64,000 nt of DNA from Desulfomicrobium sp. (GTDB lineage: Bacteria; Desulfobacterota; Desulfovibrionia; Desulfovibrionales; Desulfomicrobiaceae), in the NCBI GenBank assembly GCA_040768745.1, contig JAXGMI010000002.1:32001-96000 (forward strand), written 5' to 3'. The notes beneath the pieces were generated by a model. The model was not told the origin of the DNA, searched no databases, and saw nothing but the letters and a program-made list of their open reading frames with translations. The position numbers were made by a program, and so were the translations under genes. Shown one piece after another: positions 40,894-50,417 of this stretch (within the stretch, counting starts at the first letter, position 1; every line of letters begins with the position of its first letter).

Positions 40894-42159
40894 CTATCCG
40901 ATCACGGGCTTTGTTTCCCATGATATGGATTCGGAGGGCTGATATCTCATCTCGCCACCGAATTCCAGTGAAGACTCAAGGTGTTCTGCAAAGGCAGTCA
41001 TTCTGGCATCCTTGAGATTCTTCAAGGTGCGACGAACGGCCTTGCTGACATTATCTCGTGGCTTTCGAAGGGGATCGTTCGCGTGCCTCAGTTTTCCACC
41101 TGGCCCTATCATTGCCTTTACTTGAGAAAGGAGCATCTCCCGATTCTCATGTAAATCATCGAGACGTGATAAATCGGAACATTCGCGGGAATTTTCTATT
41201 TCTTGATCGATTCGGTTCAATTCGTTTCTGATTTCAGCAGCGGCCTGGTAATCGCCAACTTCCAATCCGCTGGACTCGAGCGCCTTTCTCGTTTCCTCGT
41301 CCAAAGTACCTCCGTGGTAGAGATCCAGCACCGAGATATAGCGGCCAGGTGCGGCAAGCAGGAGGGTGAGATATTCGACACCCTTTTGCCTCTCAAATGG
41401 GACTGATTCCCCACCTTGGAATCGAATTTGCCATCTGTCTCCGCATTGCCGGAAAATATTTGCCGGTAAAGGATCTGTAGATGCAGCAAAATGGTTATCG
41501 GGAAACAATATTCGGAATGGCGATTCATTCCGTATCCGCTTAAGGCGGCCGCCTTCCTGGAAGGCAACTTCCTCGCAAAGTGCCATAAACAGTGCAGCTC
41601 TTTGATTCATGAGGCGTTCAGCGCTTCTGCTTAGCAGTTTTCGAGTCGGTGCGAGCAAAACGAAAGGGTTCTGGTTTTCTAAACAAAGCTCACGGACGGT
41701 TTCAGTCATATCGTCCTTTTTCTCTGGGAGCGTCAAATAGACCGGAAACACTGTGCCGGTAGAAGGTAGAAAGTCGCCCAATCGCCAAGTATGGCTCAGG
41801 ATAGGAATAGGCTCTTCGCGGTGCTGAATGTCGAGTGCTCTGCATATCGCCTTATTGACGGCCGACTGTTTGAGCCTGTAGATGAAAGTCTGTTGCCGGA
41901 CAAGAGGAACCGCCCCAGCTTCCTTCTCCTGGCAGACGGCTACGATTTCGGAGTCCGAATGCACAACGACCTTGCGTGGGCATCCCAGTCCACAATCGGT
42001 TGGACAATCCACAGCAGTCGCGTGATTCTTGGTTAGCTGAAGAAAGTGGTCCCGAAACAACGGATACCGATCCCAGCCGGAGAGCGCGTGATCCCAATCG
42101 AACAGCGCCGCCGACTTTCCAGGCAGTGCTTCCAGGAACTCCCAGACAGGGTCATTCAT
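40894..42159 (-). CDS. Hypothetical protein, possible regulator-like C-terminal domain
   Basis: 421 aa, AT-richer; KGVEYLTLLLAAPG...RDNVSKAVRR...HL. Confidence 0.7.
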   Translation of the reverse strand: MNDPVWEFLEALPGKSAALFDWDHALSGWDRYPLFRDHFLQLTKNHATAVDCPTDCGLGCPRKVVVHSDSEIVAVCQEKEAGAVPLVRQQTFIYRLKQSAVNKAICRALDIQHREEPIPILSHTWRLGDFLPSTGTVFPVYLTLPEKKDDMTETVRELCLENQNPFVLLAPTRKLLSRSAERLMNQRAALFMALCEEVAFQEGGRLKRIRNESPFRILFPDNHFAASTDPLPANIFRQCGDRWQIRFQGGESVPFERQKGVEYLTLLLAAPGRYISVLDLYHGGTLDEETRKALESSGLEVGDYQAAAEIRNELNRIDQEIENSRECSDLSRLDDLHENREMLLSQVKAMIGPGGKLRHANDPLRKPRDNVSKAVRRTLKNLKDARMTAFAEHLESSLEFGGEMRYQPSESISWETKPVIG

Positions 42160-43318
42160 CCAGATTCCCTCTGTTCCCCGTAATGAAGCCGCGCAAAAAG
42201 AGCCAACGTTCCAGGATTACGGAGTCATCGTCACACCTGAAGCTTGCCCTGTTCCCTGAACTAATAGTGAGCGACCTTGGCTTCTTAACTTCTTTAAATT
42301 TCACATAAAAACTAGCCTGTGTAATTCGTCCATGTTGGGGAAACTGAAAGCCTCGATCTCGGAGTGAAGCGAAAAAATCCTCAGATCTCCTGATTTCCTT
42401 GTCTTTGTAAGCTCCTGCGTAAGAGAGCTGAACTTCTTTAAGCTTTACGTATTCAAGGCCATCAACATCCTCACACGATAGCGATTCTTCTCCCACCGTG
42501 CGCAATGACTCTAAATTAAATTGGCTTCTCTGGCTGAAAAAATTCTCATCACCAAAAAGATGTTTTCCAAACATCTTTCGATACAGTTCCTTTTCTCCTT
42601 TCGTTACTGCATGCATTCTTATTTCGCCAATCAGGGGATTGTATATGAGAACATCGAATTTCTCTGGTCTGAAGTATTGGCTCTTAGACTTGCCAGATTC
42701 GATAACGGACTCACGATTGAAAGAGCTGCCATGCCTAACTACGATCCATATGTAGTCATCCTTAGAAAATATTTTCACTTTGGAATATTTGCCTTTTCGT
42801 TTCTTGGCAAACCATTCATCAAGGTCGTTTTCCAACGCGGTTATTCTTTCTGAGGATGGAATTGTGAAAACTGGCAGAGGAGTAACCACCGTTTTGAAAT
42901 ATTCGAATGAGCGTTTATTGAGAGGCAATAGTTCAGCGATTACTCTTTCGATGATGGATTTATCCTTCATCCAAACCTGAATCGCAAGATCAGCAGGAGT
43001 GGCGGTTTCCTCAATCTCGGTGTCGAGTTCTGTCCCGTATATTTCTGCCTGAACTGCTTCAAACCCTTCTTGAGTCGAGACCTCGTTCACATAATACAAT
43101 GCCTCTGCCAAATCGCCCGGGGTCGAATTGTCCGGGGTCAATAAAACGTGACTGAGCTCGTTGTAATCCAGGCCATCTTCCTCCTGGATTGGTGGCAACT
43201 CTACGCCGCGAGCTGAAAAATAGGCGGCATGAGGCTCCAGAAAGGCAATGAGATGCTTCCTGTCGATTCGCCGGAGCATTCCCGGCTTCGAAAAGCGGCG
43301 TAGGGTGAATGATGCCAT
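42152..43318 (-). CDS. Hypothetical protein
   Basis: 388 aa, AT-richer, GAGGAG RBS, coupled to the next gene. Confidence 0.75.
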   Translation of the reverse strand: MASFTLRRFSKPGMLRRIDRKHLIAFLEPHAAYFSARGVELPPIQEEDGLDYNELSHVLLTPDNSTPGDLAEALYYVNEVSTQEGFEAVQAEIYGTELDTEIEETATPADLAIQVWMKDKSIIERVIAELLPLNKRSFEYFKTVVTPLPVFTIPSSERITALENDLDEWFAKKRKGKYSKVKIFSKDDYIWIVVRHGSSFNRESVIESGKSKSQYFRPEKFDVLIYNPLIGEIRMHAVTKGEKELYRKMFGKHLFGDENFFSQRSQFNLESLRTVGEESLSCEDVDGLEYVKLKEVQLSYAGAYKDKEIRRSEDFFASLRDRGFQFPQHGRITQASFYVKFKEVKKPRSLTISSGNRASFRCDDDSVILERWLFLRGFITGNRGNLDE

Positions 43319-43363
43319 AAGTTACTCCTCTGTTTTGTCGTTACTCTTCCATATCTGTCTCGA

Positions 43364-43987
43364 TCAATTCCGTTTCCATCCAACGATCTTGCCCAGCACG
43401 CGAAGGTCATCCTCCGGCCTGACTCGGATCTTCCGTACCTCCGGGTTCTCGGGCACCAATTCGATAAGCTCGTCTTTGATTCTCAGCCGTTTCACGGTCA
43501 CTTCGTCGTTGAACAGCGCTACAACGATGTCTCCGTCCTCGGCGATGGGCTGCTGCCGCACGATGATCAAATCACCATCGTTGATACCGGCACCGACCAT
43601 GCTGTCACCCACCGCACGGAGTGCGAAGTGCTGACCGGAACGAACGACGTCCGATTCGACCAGTACTTGGCCGGTGACGTTCTCTTCCGCCAGGATGGGG
43701 CAGCCAGCTGCCACCATACCCACAACAGGTACTGAAACCAGGGAGGCAGCCATCTCGCTGGGACGGCGGGCGACGGCAATGCCGCGAGACTTCCCGTCCT
43801 CTCGCTTCAGGTATCCCTTGCGCACTAGTTGGTTGATCCGGTCGTGGGCACTCGCCGGGCTGATTTCAAAGATCTCGCTCAGTTCCTTCACCGTTGGAGG
43901 GAAGCCCTTGGCATCGACAAAACGACATATCGCTTCGAGCGTTTTCCGCTGCAACGGCGTTATCTCATCCGTCTTCGCTTTGCCCAT
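43364..43987 (-). CDS. LexA-like phage repressor
   Basis: GFPPTVKEL wHTH, VAAG cleavage site, GDSM serine, VTVKR lysine. Confidence 0.9.
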   Translation of the reverse strand: MGKAKTDEITPLQRKTLEAICRFVDAKGFPPTVKELSEIFEISPASAHDRINQLVRKGYLKREDGKSRGIAVARRPSEMAASLVSVPVVGMVAAGCPILAEENVTGQVLVESDVVRSGQHFALRAVGDSMVGAGINDGDLIIVRQQPIAEDGDIVVALFNDEVTVKRLRIKDELIELVPENPEVRKIRVRPEDDLRVLGKIVGWKRN

Positions 43988-44050
43988 GGCGTCTCCATTT
44001 CTGTTGAAAGACAAAAAGGCGCAATGCGCCAGCAAACCCTAATAATATAA

Positions 44051-44068
44051 ACCTGATGCATATCAGGT
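44051..44068. promoter_or_regulatory. Palindromic operator candidate over the repressor promoter
   Basis: ACCTGAT-GCAT-ATCAGGT; extra half site at 44085-44091. Confidence 0.6.
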
Positions 44069-44093
44069 CAAGAAATAATCTCACACCTGATTT

Positions 44094-44124
44094 CCGACAC
44101 TTCCATGAGCCCCTCGGTAGGTAA
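44094..44124 (+). promoter_or_regulatory. Phage promoter motif copy, opposite orientation, upstream of the recombinase operon
   Basis: CCGACA-N14-TCGGTAGGTAA (9/11 match). Confidence 0.65.
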
Positions 44125-44306
44125 GGCCTGAAGAAAGCCGGTTTGAAACCGGACGAGCAGTTAGAAACCAGATAACCGACCAGAGGCGGAGCTGAGGCGG
44201 TTGTGGGTGCCATCGAACGCGCATCCCGACCGCCACCGTTTTCTGGCATCCACACCATCCAGCCCCCCGGTCCCACCGGAGGTGTTCGATGTTGGATGTA
44301 CAGGAA

Positions 44307-44531
44307 ATGAATGATGTACCGGGGACGGATGACCTTGGCGAAAACGGCAAACCCGGCCGCCTGTCGGGTGAGGCGAGGCTCCAGTCAGCCGCCTCCATTC
44401 TGGCCACGGCGATCCTGCGCCGAAAGGCAAAAAACGCATGTGTGGGCAATGAGTTAGAGGTTTTCGAAGATTCTTCCCCTGTGCTCGGAGAAGGACTTGA
44501 TTCATTGCCGGAACAGAGCATTCATTCATGA
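44307..44531 (+). CDS. Small hypothetical protein
   Basis: MNDVPG...ARLQSAASILATAILR; upstream of DUF2924. Confidence 0.45.
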   Translation: MNDVPGTDDLGENGKPGRLSGEARLQSAASILATAILRRKAKNACVGNELEVFEDSSPVLGEGLDSLPEQSIHS

Positions 44532-44565
44532 CAACTCGTCCGGAAACCAAAATAAGGAGTTGAAA

Positions 44566-45090
44566 ATGAATGAGTTACAGAACGCCGCCACCGGCGGCAA
44601 GATCCAGGACCGAACCCGAAACTCAGTCCTTCGGCAGATGGCCCTGCTGCAATCCATGTCCCTGGAGCAGCTCCGGGAAAAATGGCTCGACCTCTACGGA
44701 GAAGAGCCACCCCAGTACAAGAAACAATTCCTCATCAAGCGGCTGGCCTATCGCATCCAGGAGCTTTTCTACGGCGGGCTGTCCGAACAGGCCAAGGTCC
44801 ATCTCCAGCAGGCCGCCAAGGAGGACCCGGTCGCCACTGTCAATCGACGCATCCCAGAAGAGCGGAAATCGAACGAAGCGATCCTGCCCGGGACCAGACT
44901 GGTGCGGGTCTGGAACGACCGGCGCTATGAGGTGATCGTCCTTGCCGATGGCTACGAGTTCGAAGGCCGCACCTTCCGGTCGCTCAGCGCGGTGGCCAGG
45001 GAGATCACCGGGACCAGGTGGAACGGCAAGGTCTTTTTCGGACTGAAGAAGGTTTACGGCAGAAAAGCCGAGGGAGGTTCGGATGCTTGA
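44566..45090 (+). CDS. DUF2924 family protein
   Basis: LAYRIQE..GGLS, PGTRLVRVW, SLSAVAREITGTRWNG..FFGL. Confidence 0.85.
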   Translation: MNELQNAATGGKIQDRTRNSVLRQMALLQSMSLEQLREKWLDLYGEEPPQYKKQFLIKRLAYRIQELFYGGLSEQAKVHLQQAAKEDPVATVNRRIPEERKSNEAILPGTRLVRVWNDRRYEVIVLADGYEFEGRTFRSLSAVAREITGTRWNGKVFFGLKKVYGRKAEGGSDA

Positions 45091-46669
45091 TAACAGCAAT
45101 GTCGCGCCGGGCAAAAACAAGACCCTGCGCTGTGCCATCTACACCCGCAAGAGCCACGAGGAAGGTCTCGAACAGGAGTTCAACTCGTTGGATGCGCAAC
45201 GGGAATCGGCGGAACACTATATCGAAGCCCAGAGGATGCGTGGCTGGACGGCTCTGCCGGATCGCTACGACGATGGTGGATTCTCGGGTGGAAACATGGA
45301 GCGCCCGGGGCTGCGTCGCCTGCTGGCGGACATCAATGCCGGGAAGATTGACGTGATCGTGGTCTACAAGGTCGACCGGCTGTCCCGCTCGCTGCTGGAC
45401 TTCATGAAGATGATCGACCTCTTCAACGAGAAGGGTGTCAGCTTCGTCTCGGTCACCCAGCACTTCAGCACCACCGACCCCACCGGACGGATGTTTCTCG
45501 GCATCCTGATCACCTTCGCCCAGTACGAGCGGGAGGTCATCGCCGAGCGCATCCGGGACAAGGTGGCGGCCGCCAAGCGCCGGGGGAAATACTGCGGCGG
45601 CGTACCCATTCTTGGATACGACGTCGACCGGGACAACAAGAAGCTGCTGGTCAACCCGGATGAAGCCAGGACGGTGCAGTACATCTTCCGCCGATTCATC
45701 CAGATCGGCTCGGCCAAGAAGCTGGGCCAGGAATTGAACGAACAGGGATACCGCACAAAAGCCTGGACCACCAAGAAAGGCAAGGTTCGCGAGGGCTCAG
45801 AATGGAATACAGGCCACATCTACCGGCTGCTGAACAACCGGGTCTATATCGGCGAGATTGCCCACAAGGATCGCAGCTACCCCGGTGAGCACGAAGGAAT
45901 CATCGACCGGACGACCTGGGACAAGGTGCAGGCCATCCTGGAGGACAACAAACCGGTCAAGGTTTCCATGGCAAGAACCAAAATGGTCGCCCCGCTGAAA
46001 GGCGTCATCCGCTGCGGCCACTGCGGATGCGCGATGGGACCGACCTACGCCCGCAAGAACGGCCGCCACTACACCTATTACATCTGCCAGAAGGACAGCA
46101 AGCGGACCGTGAGCCGGTGCCCCCTCAAACGGATTCCCGCCGGGGACATCGAGCAGGCCGTGGTCGAGCAGTTGAGCGCGGTGTTCCGCACGCCGACGCT
46201 GGTGGCCAAAACCTACTTCGCGGCCCGGGACATCGAGCAGGTGGAGCGGGAGCGGCTGTTCAAGCAGAAAGCCCAACTCGAAATGGAGCTGTCGCAGGCG
46301 CGGGAGCAAGCCATCGAACTTATGAAACCCGGCAACGATCAGCCGGGCAAGACCGAGATGCTCACGACCGTCAACCGCCAGGCGGTCGAGCTCTCGAAAC
46401 AACTGACGCACGTGAGCGAGCGATGCAGAGCCTACCGGGGGAACAACATCACGGAACAGGACGTTTCGGAGGCCTTCCAGAATGTCGAGGGCTTCTGGGA
46501 GGACCTTTTCCCGGTGGAGCGAAACCGGCTCATCCGCCTCCTGGTGGATAAGGTCGAGATCCGCGAGACCGGAATCGACATGGAGCTGCGCACCAACGGG
46601 CTGACTACGCTCATCGCCGAGCTGGCCGGTCTGGCATGCGAAGTCACCGAACGGAGGGCAAGCCGATGA
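45083..46669 (+). CDS. Large serine recombinase
   Basis: AIYTRKS, DGGFSGG..RPGL, VYKVDRLSR, zinc ribbon CGHCG. Confidence 0.93.
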   Translation: MLDNSNVAPGKNKTLRCAIYTRKSHEEGLEQEFNSLDAQRESAEHYIEAQRMRGWTALPDRYDDGGFSGGNMERPGLRRLLADINAGKIDVIVVYKVDRLSRSLLDFMKMIDLFNEKGVSFVSVTQHFSTTDPTGRMFLGILITFAQYEREVIAERIRDKVAAAKRRGKYCGGVPILGYDVDRDNKKLLVNPDEARTVQYIFRRFIQIGSAKKLGQELNEQGYRTKAWTTKKGKVREGSEWNTGHIYRLLNNRVYIGEIAHKDRSYPGEHEGIIDRTTWDKVQAILEDNKPVKVSMARTKMVAPLKGVIRCGHCGCAMGPTYARKNGRHYTYYICQKDSKRTVSRCPLKRIPAGDIEQAVVEQLSAVFRTPTLVAKTYFAARDIEQVERERLFKQKAQLEMELSQAREQAIELMKPGNDQPGKTEMLTTVNRQAVELSKQLTHVSERCRAYRGNNITEQDVSEAFQNVEGFWEDLFPVERNRLIRLLVDKVEIRETGIDMELRTNGLTTLIAELAGLACEVTERRASR

Positions 46670-47088
46670 AAATGAAGCCGACCATTACCGTAGCCGACAA
46701 CGGCAACCTGCAGATCCATATCCCGATGCTGATCCGGCGCATGCGCGGCCGCAAGACGGTCATCGCTCCCCAGGCACTGGATGGAGAAATCACCGGAGCG
46801 CAGGAACCGGTGCAGTCCGCCGTCCTCCAGGCGCTGGGAAGGGCCTTTTCTTGGGCCGACATCCTCGAATCCGGCCAGATCAAGTCCATCAGCGAGCTTG
46901 CCCGTACCCTTGACGTCGATGGCTCGTATGTGGCCCGCATCCTCAAACTGACGACCCTGGCCCCCGACATCGTCGAAGCCCTGATCAACGGTGAGGAACC
47001 CAACGGGCTCTCGCTGGCCAAGCTGACCCAGACCTTTCCAGAGGACTGGGCCGAGCAGCGCCGCCAGTTCGGCTTTGCCACCGACTGA
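46666..47088 (+). CDS. Small HTH protein of the recombinase module
   Basis: SISELARTLDVDGSYVARILKLTTLAPDIVEA. Confidence 0.75.
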   Translation: MKMKPTITVADNGNLQIHIPMLIRRMRGRKTVIAPQALDGEITGAQEPVQSAVLQALGRAFSWADILESGQIKSISELARTLDVDGSYVARILKLTTLAPDIVEALINGEEPNGLSLAKLTQTFPEDWAEQRRQFGFATD

Positions 47089-47114
47089 CGACCGGACCGG
47101 AGACCGCCCCAGAG

Positions 47115-47145
47115 AGCCGACCATCAGCGTCGGCTTTTCTTCTTT
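47115..47145 (+). terminator. Intrinsic terminator of the recombinase operon
   Basis: AGCCGAC/GTCGGCT stem followed by TTTCTTCTTT. Confidence 0.65.
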
Positions 47146-47507
47146 AGGGGGCAGGAAGCCGGAGTTGACCGCGCTTCTTTTCATGGCCGAGGCGGGCGAT
47201 TTCGAAAAAAACGTCCGGTTGCGGCATCGAACGACGACCTAAGACAACCGCCAAAAATGGCAATCAGCCGCAAACCCATATCAATCAAGGATGTAGCTTT
47301 CCGGACGAGCTTCGGACTTGGTCCGGAGAAAACAGAGAATCAGGGGCCAAACAGAGAAAGAAAGGCGGGAGGATGGGGAGAATCGATGGTGCGAAGAGGT
47401 GCTTTGGAAAGATGTGAAACGGGCGCAACCCCTTTAGAAACAAGGGGAAAAAGAAAACCCGTCACCCCGGAGAATGACCCCAGAGAGACGGGTTTGTCTT
47501 TTCTAAA

Positions 47508-47898
47508 TGGTGGAGCCGGGGAGAATCGAACTCCCGTCCGAGAACGCTCCGCGCAAAGCTTCTACAGGTTTAGTTCAGGTTCTGCTTCTCGCTCCACGGG
47601 TAGCCCCTGAACGGGCTTCCGTGACGCCAGCCTGGATGATGTCTCGCGATCGGCTGTCCAGACAGCGGCTTTTCGCCAGCCTGATGGGGTTTGACACCCG
47701 GATACGGCTTATCAGACATCCACCGCACGGATGTGACGATCTGTGTCGTCATGCAAGGGTTGCCTAGAGACTAGGCGGCCATTGCGTAGTCATAATTGTC
47801 GTTGGCAATTATGTGTGTGCTGGGTTTTAACGAGGACCTCCCAGCGCCTCGACCTGCGACTTTGGCCTCATCATCCCCGTCGAAACCAGGGCGGCCCC
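47508..47898 (-). ncRNA. ssrA: tmRNA, tag peptide ANDNYDYAMAA
   Basis: 5' GGGGCCGCCCTGGTTTCGACGGGG; 3' GTTCGATTCTCCCCGGCTCCACCA; tag reading frame ends AA-stop at 47771. Confidence 0.96.
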
Positions 47899-47953
47899 TT
47901 TTCAAAGAACGTGACCAATACAATAAGAATGTTTCGGCAAAAGGCAAGGGATG

Positions 47954-47984
47954 AAAAAAAAGGAGCAAACCTGGTTTGCTCCTT
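47954..47984 (-). terminator. Terminator after tRNA-Arg
   Basis: AAGGAGCAAAC-CTG-GTTTGCTCCTT with a T run on the minus strand. Confidence 0.7.
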
Positions 47985-47994
47985 CATTTTCGAG

Positions 47995-48071
47995 TGGTGC
48001 GCCCGGCAAGATTCGAACTTGCGACCTACTGATTCGTAGTCAGGCACTCTATCCAACTGAGCTACGGGCGC
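47995..48071 (-). tRNA. tRNA-Arg (ACG)
   Basis: GCGCCCGTAGCTCAGTTGGATAGAG..CTGACTACGAATCAG..GTTCGAATC..CACCA, 77 nt. Confidence 0.97.
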
Positions 48072-48248
48072 GTCGAGAAGTCGCTTTCTATGTGCATGTG
48101 CCCTTGTCGTCAAGCAGTTTTCGGAAATTATTTCGGCCTGGGCCTCTGGCCAGGAATTTCACCACCTTTCCCTTGACAAGGGGGGGGAAGTGTCCATTGT
48201 TTGATTTTCTTTCACATGCGCCCATGCGCTTCAACCAAGGACAAACCA

Positions 48249-48797
48249 ATGCACGATATGCGCGGAACAACCATCCTGGCCGTGAAGGACGACCACGGCG
48301 TGGCCATCGCCGGGGACGGCCAGGTCACCCTTGGGCAGGCCATCGCCATCAAGCACGGTGCGCGCAAGGTCCGGCGTCTGTACCGGGACAGGATCATTTG
48401 CGGCTTTGCCGGGTCCACGGCCGATGCGTTCACCCTGTATGAAAAATTTGAAGCAAAGCTTGAGGAATTTGGAGGGAATCTGGTCCGGGCCAGCGTGGAG
48501 CTGGCCAAGGACTGGCGGGGCGACAAGTATCTGCGCCGACTGGAGGCCATGCTGCTGGTGGCCGACGCCGAAACCATCCTCATGCTCAGCGGCACGGGGG
48601 ACGTCATCGAGCCCGACGACGGCGTGGCCGCCATCGGATCGGGCGGGGCCTATGCCGTGGCCGCGGCCAGGGCCCTGCGCCGGCATACGGACCTCAGCGC
48701 CGAGGACATCGTGCGCAAATCCATGGCCATCGTGGCCGAGATCTGTGTCTTCACCAACGACCACGTGGTCTTTGAAACAGCCCCCAGGAACGCCTGA
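48249..48797 (+). CDS. hslV: ATP-dependent protease subunit HslV
   Basis: [29 protein letters not shown]. Confidence 0.97.
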   Translation: MHDMRGTTILAVKDDHGVAIAGDGQVTLGQAIAIKHGARKVRRLYRDRIICGFAGSTADAFTLYEKFEAKLEEFGGNLVRASVELAKDWRGDKYLRRLEAMLLVADAETILMLSGTGDVIEPDDGVAAIGSGGAYAVAAARALRRHTDLSAEDIVRKSMAIVAEICVFTNDHVVFETAPRNA

Positions 48798-50143
48798 TGA
48801 ACACCCTGACCCCCAGAGAAATCGTGTCCGAGCTGGACAAATACATTGTCGGCCAGACCCAGGCCAAGCGCATGGTTGCCATCGCCCTGCGCAACCGCTG
48901 GCGCCGCCGCCAGCTGGATCCGGAACTGGCCGAGGAGATCGCGCCCAAGAACATCCTCATGATCGGACCCACAGGCGTGGGCAAGACCGAGATCGCCCGG
49001 CGGCTGGCCAAATTGGCCGGCTCACCCTTCATCAAGGTGGAGGCCACCAAGTTCACGGAAGTGGGCTATGTGGGCCGGGACGTGGAATCCATCGTCCGCG
49101 ACCTGATGGAGATCGGGGTCAACCTGGTCCGCCAGGAGGAGGAAGCCAGCGTGCGGATCAAGGCCGAGGCCTCGGCCGAGGAGCGCCTGCTGGACATCCT
49201 CCTGCCCACCAAACCCCTGGAGTCGGGCAGCATGGAGTACATCGGCCCCGAACCGGCCACGCCCGACACCACCCGCGAGAAACTGCGCCAGCTGTGGCGG
49301 GCGGGCAAGCTGGACGAACGCATGGTGGAGGTGGAGGTCAGCGCCTCCGGGGCCAACGTGCAGGTCATGAGCATCCCGGGCATGGAAGGCATGGAAATGC
49401 AGATGCAGGACATGTTTTCCAAGGTCTTTCCCAAGCGCAAGAAGACCAAGAAGGTGCGGGTCAGGAACGCCTACGAGATCCTTATCCAGTCCGAATGCGA
49501 GCGTCTCATCGACATGGACAAGGTGCACGAGACCGCCCGTGAGCGGGTGCAGGAGTCGGGCATCGTCTTTCTGGACGAGATCGACAAGATCTGCGGTGGG
49601 GGGGGCGGCAGCGGCAAGGCCGACGTGTCCCGCGAGGGCGTGCAGCGAGACCTGCTGCCCATTGTCGAGGGGTCCACGGTGGGCACCAAATACGGCATGG
49701 TCCGCACGGACCACATCCTGTTCATCGCTGCCGGGGCCTTCCATATGTCCAAGCCCTCGGACCTGGTGCCGGAGCTGCAGGGACGCTTCCCTTTGCGGGT
49801 GGAACTCTCGGCCCTGACCAGGGACGACTTCTACCGCATCCTGACCGAACCCCAGAACGCTCTGACCGTACAGTACAAGGCCCTTCTGGGCACGGAAAGC
49901 GTGGATATCGAGTACACGGACGAGGCCCTGAACGAGATCGCCCGCTTCGCCCAGAAGATCAACGAGGAGACCGAAAACATCGGGGCCAGAAGGCTGTACA
50001 CCATCATGGAAAAGATCGTCGCCGACCTGTCCTTCGAGGCGCCGGACATGGACGGCGCGACCGTGACCATCGACCGCGACTACGTGGCCAGGGCCCTGCA
50101 GGACGTGCAGGAGAACCGGGACCTGACGCGGTACATCCTGTAG
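48797..50143 (+). CDS. hslU: ATP-dependent protease ATPase HslU
   Basis: [31 protein letters not shown]. Confidence 0.97.
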   Translation: MNTLTPREIVSELDKYIVGQTQAKRMVAIALRNRWRRRQLDPELAEEIAPKNILMIGPTGVGKTEIARRLAKLAGSPFIKVEATKFTEVGYVGRDVESIVRDLMEIGVNLVRQEEEASVRIKAEASAEERLLDILLPTKPLESGSMEYIGPEPATPDTTREKLRQLWRAGKLDERMVEVEVSASGANVQVMSIPGMEGMEMQMQDMFSKVFPKRKKTKKVRVRNAYEILIQSECERLIDMDKVHETARERVQESGIVFLDEIDKICGGGGGSGKADVSREGVQRDLLPIVEGSTVGTKYGMVRTDHILFIAAGAFHMSKPSDLVPELQGRFPLRVELSALTRDDFYRILTEPQNALTVQYKALLGTESVDIEYTDEALNEIARFAQKINEETENIGARRLYTIMEKIVADLSFEAPDMDGATVTIDRDYVARALQDVQENRDLTRYIL

Positions 50144-50417
50144 GGGCCGGAAAATCCGACCATTTCAGGACAGAGCCGAAGATGGATTTCACGCTGCGCC
50201 TGACATGGCCGCGTCGAAGACTCCCAGCGATGACGGGGAGTGCAATGCATCATTGCGCGCGCAGCGTGGCAATCCACCTTTTCCGCGGTCCGAACGCGGA
50301 CATCCGAATGGACCATGATCCCTGAATTATCCTTGAATTTTCACCCTCGCCTTGCCAAAGTACCCATCACGCCGTTATCCCGGCCCCTTTCCGCACCATC
50401 AAGCCCACGGGGGAATC

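Larger units (their letters stand above)
1..47507 (-). mobile_element. Prophage (contractile-tailed, temperate) adjacent to the 3' end of tmRNA; left end outside the window
   Basis: Contiguous tail, head, packaging, replication, repressor and recombinase modules, ending next to the ssrA 3' end; host housekeeping genes follow. Confidence 0.92.

Noticed and set aside
43364..43987. Calling this the host lexA
   Set aside because: It lies inside the prophage next to its switch region; treated as a phage repressor, so no symbol given
47507..48113. Short ORFs over 47.5-48.1 kb
   Set aside because: They overlap tmRNA and tRNA-Arg; only the tag peptide frame is meaningful
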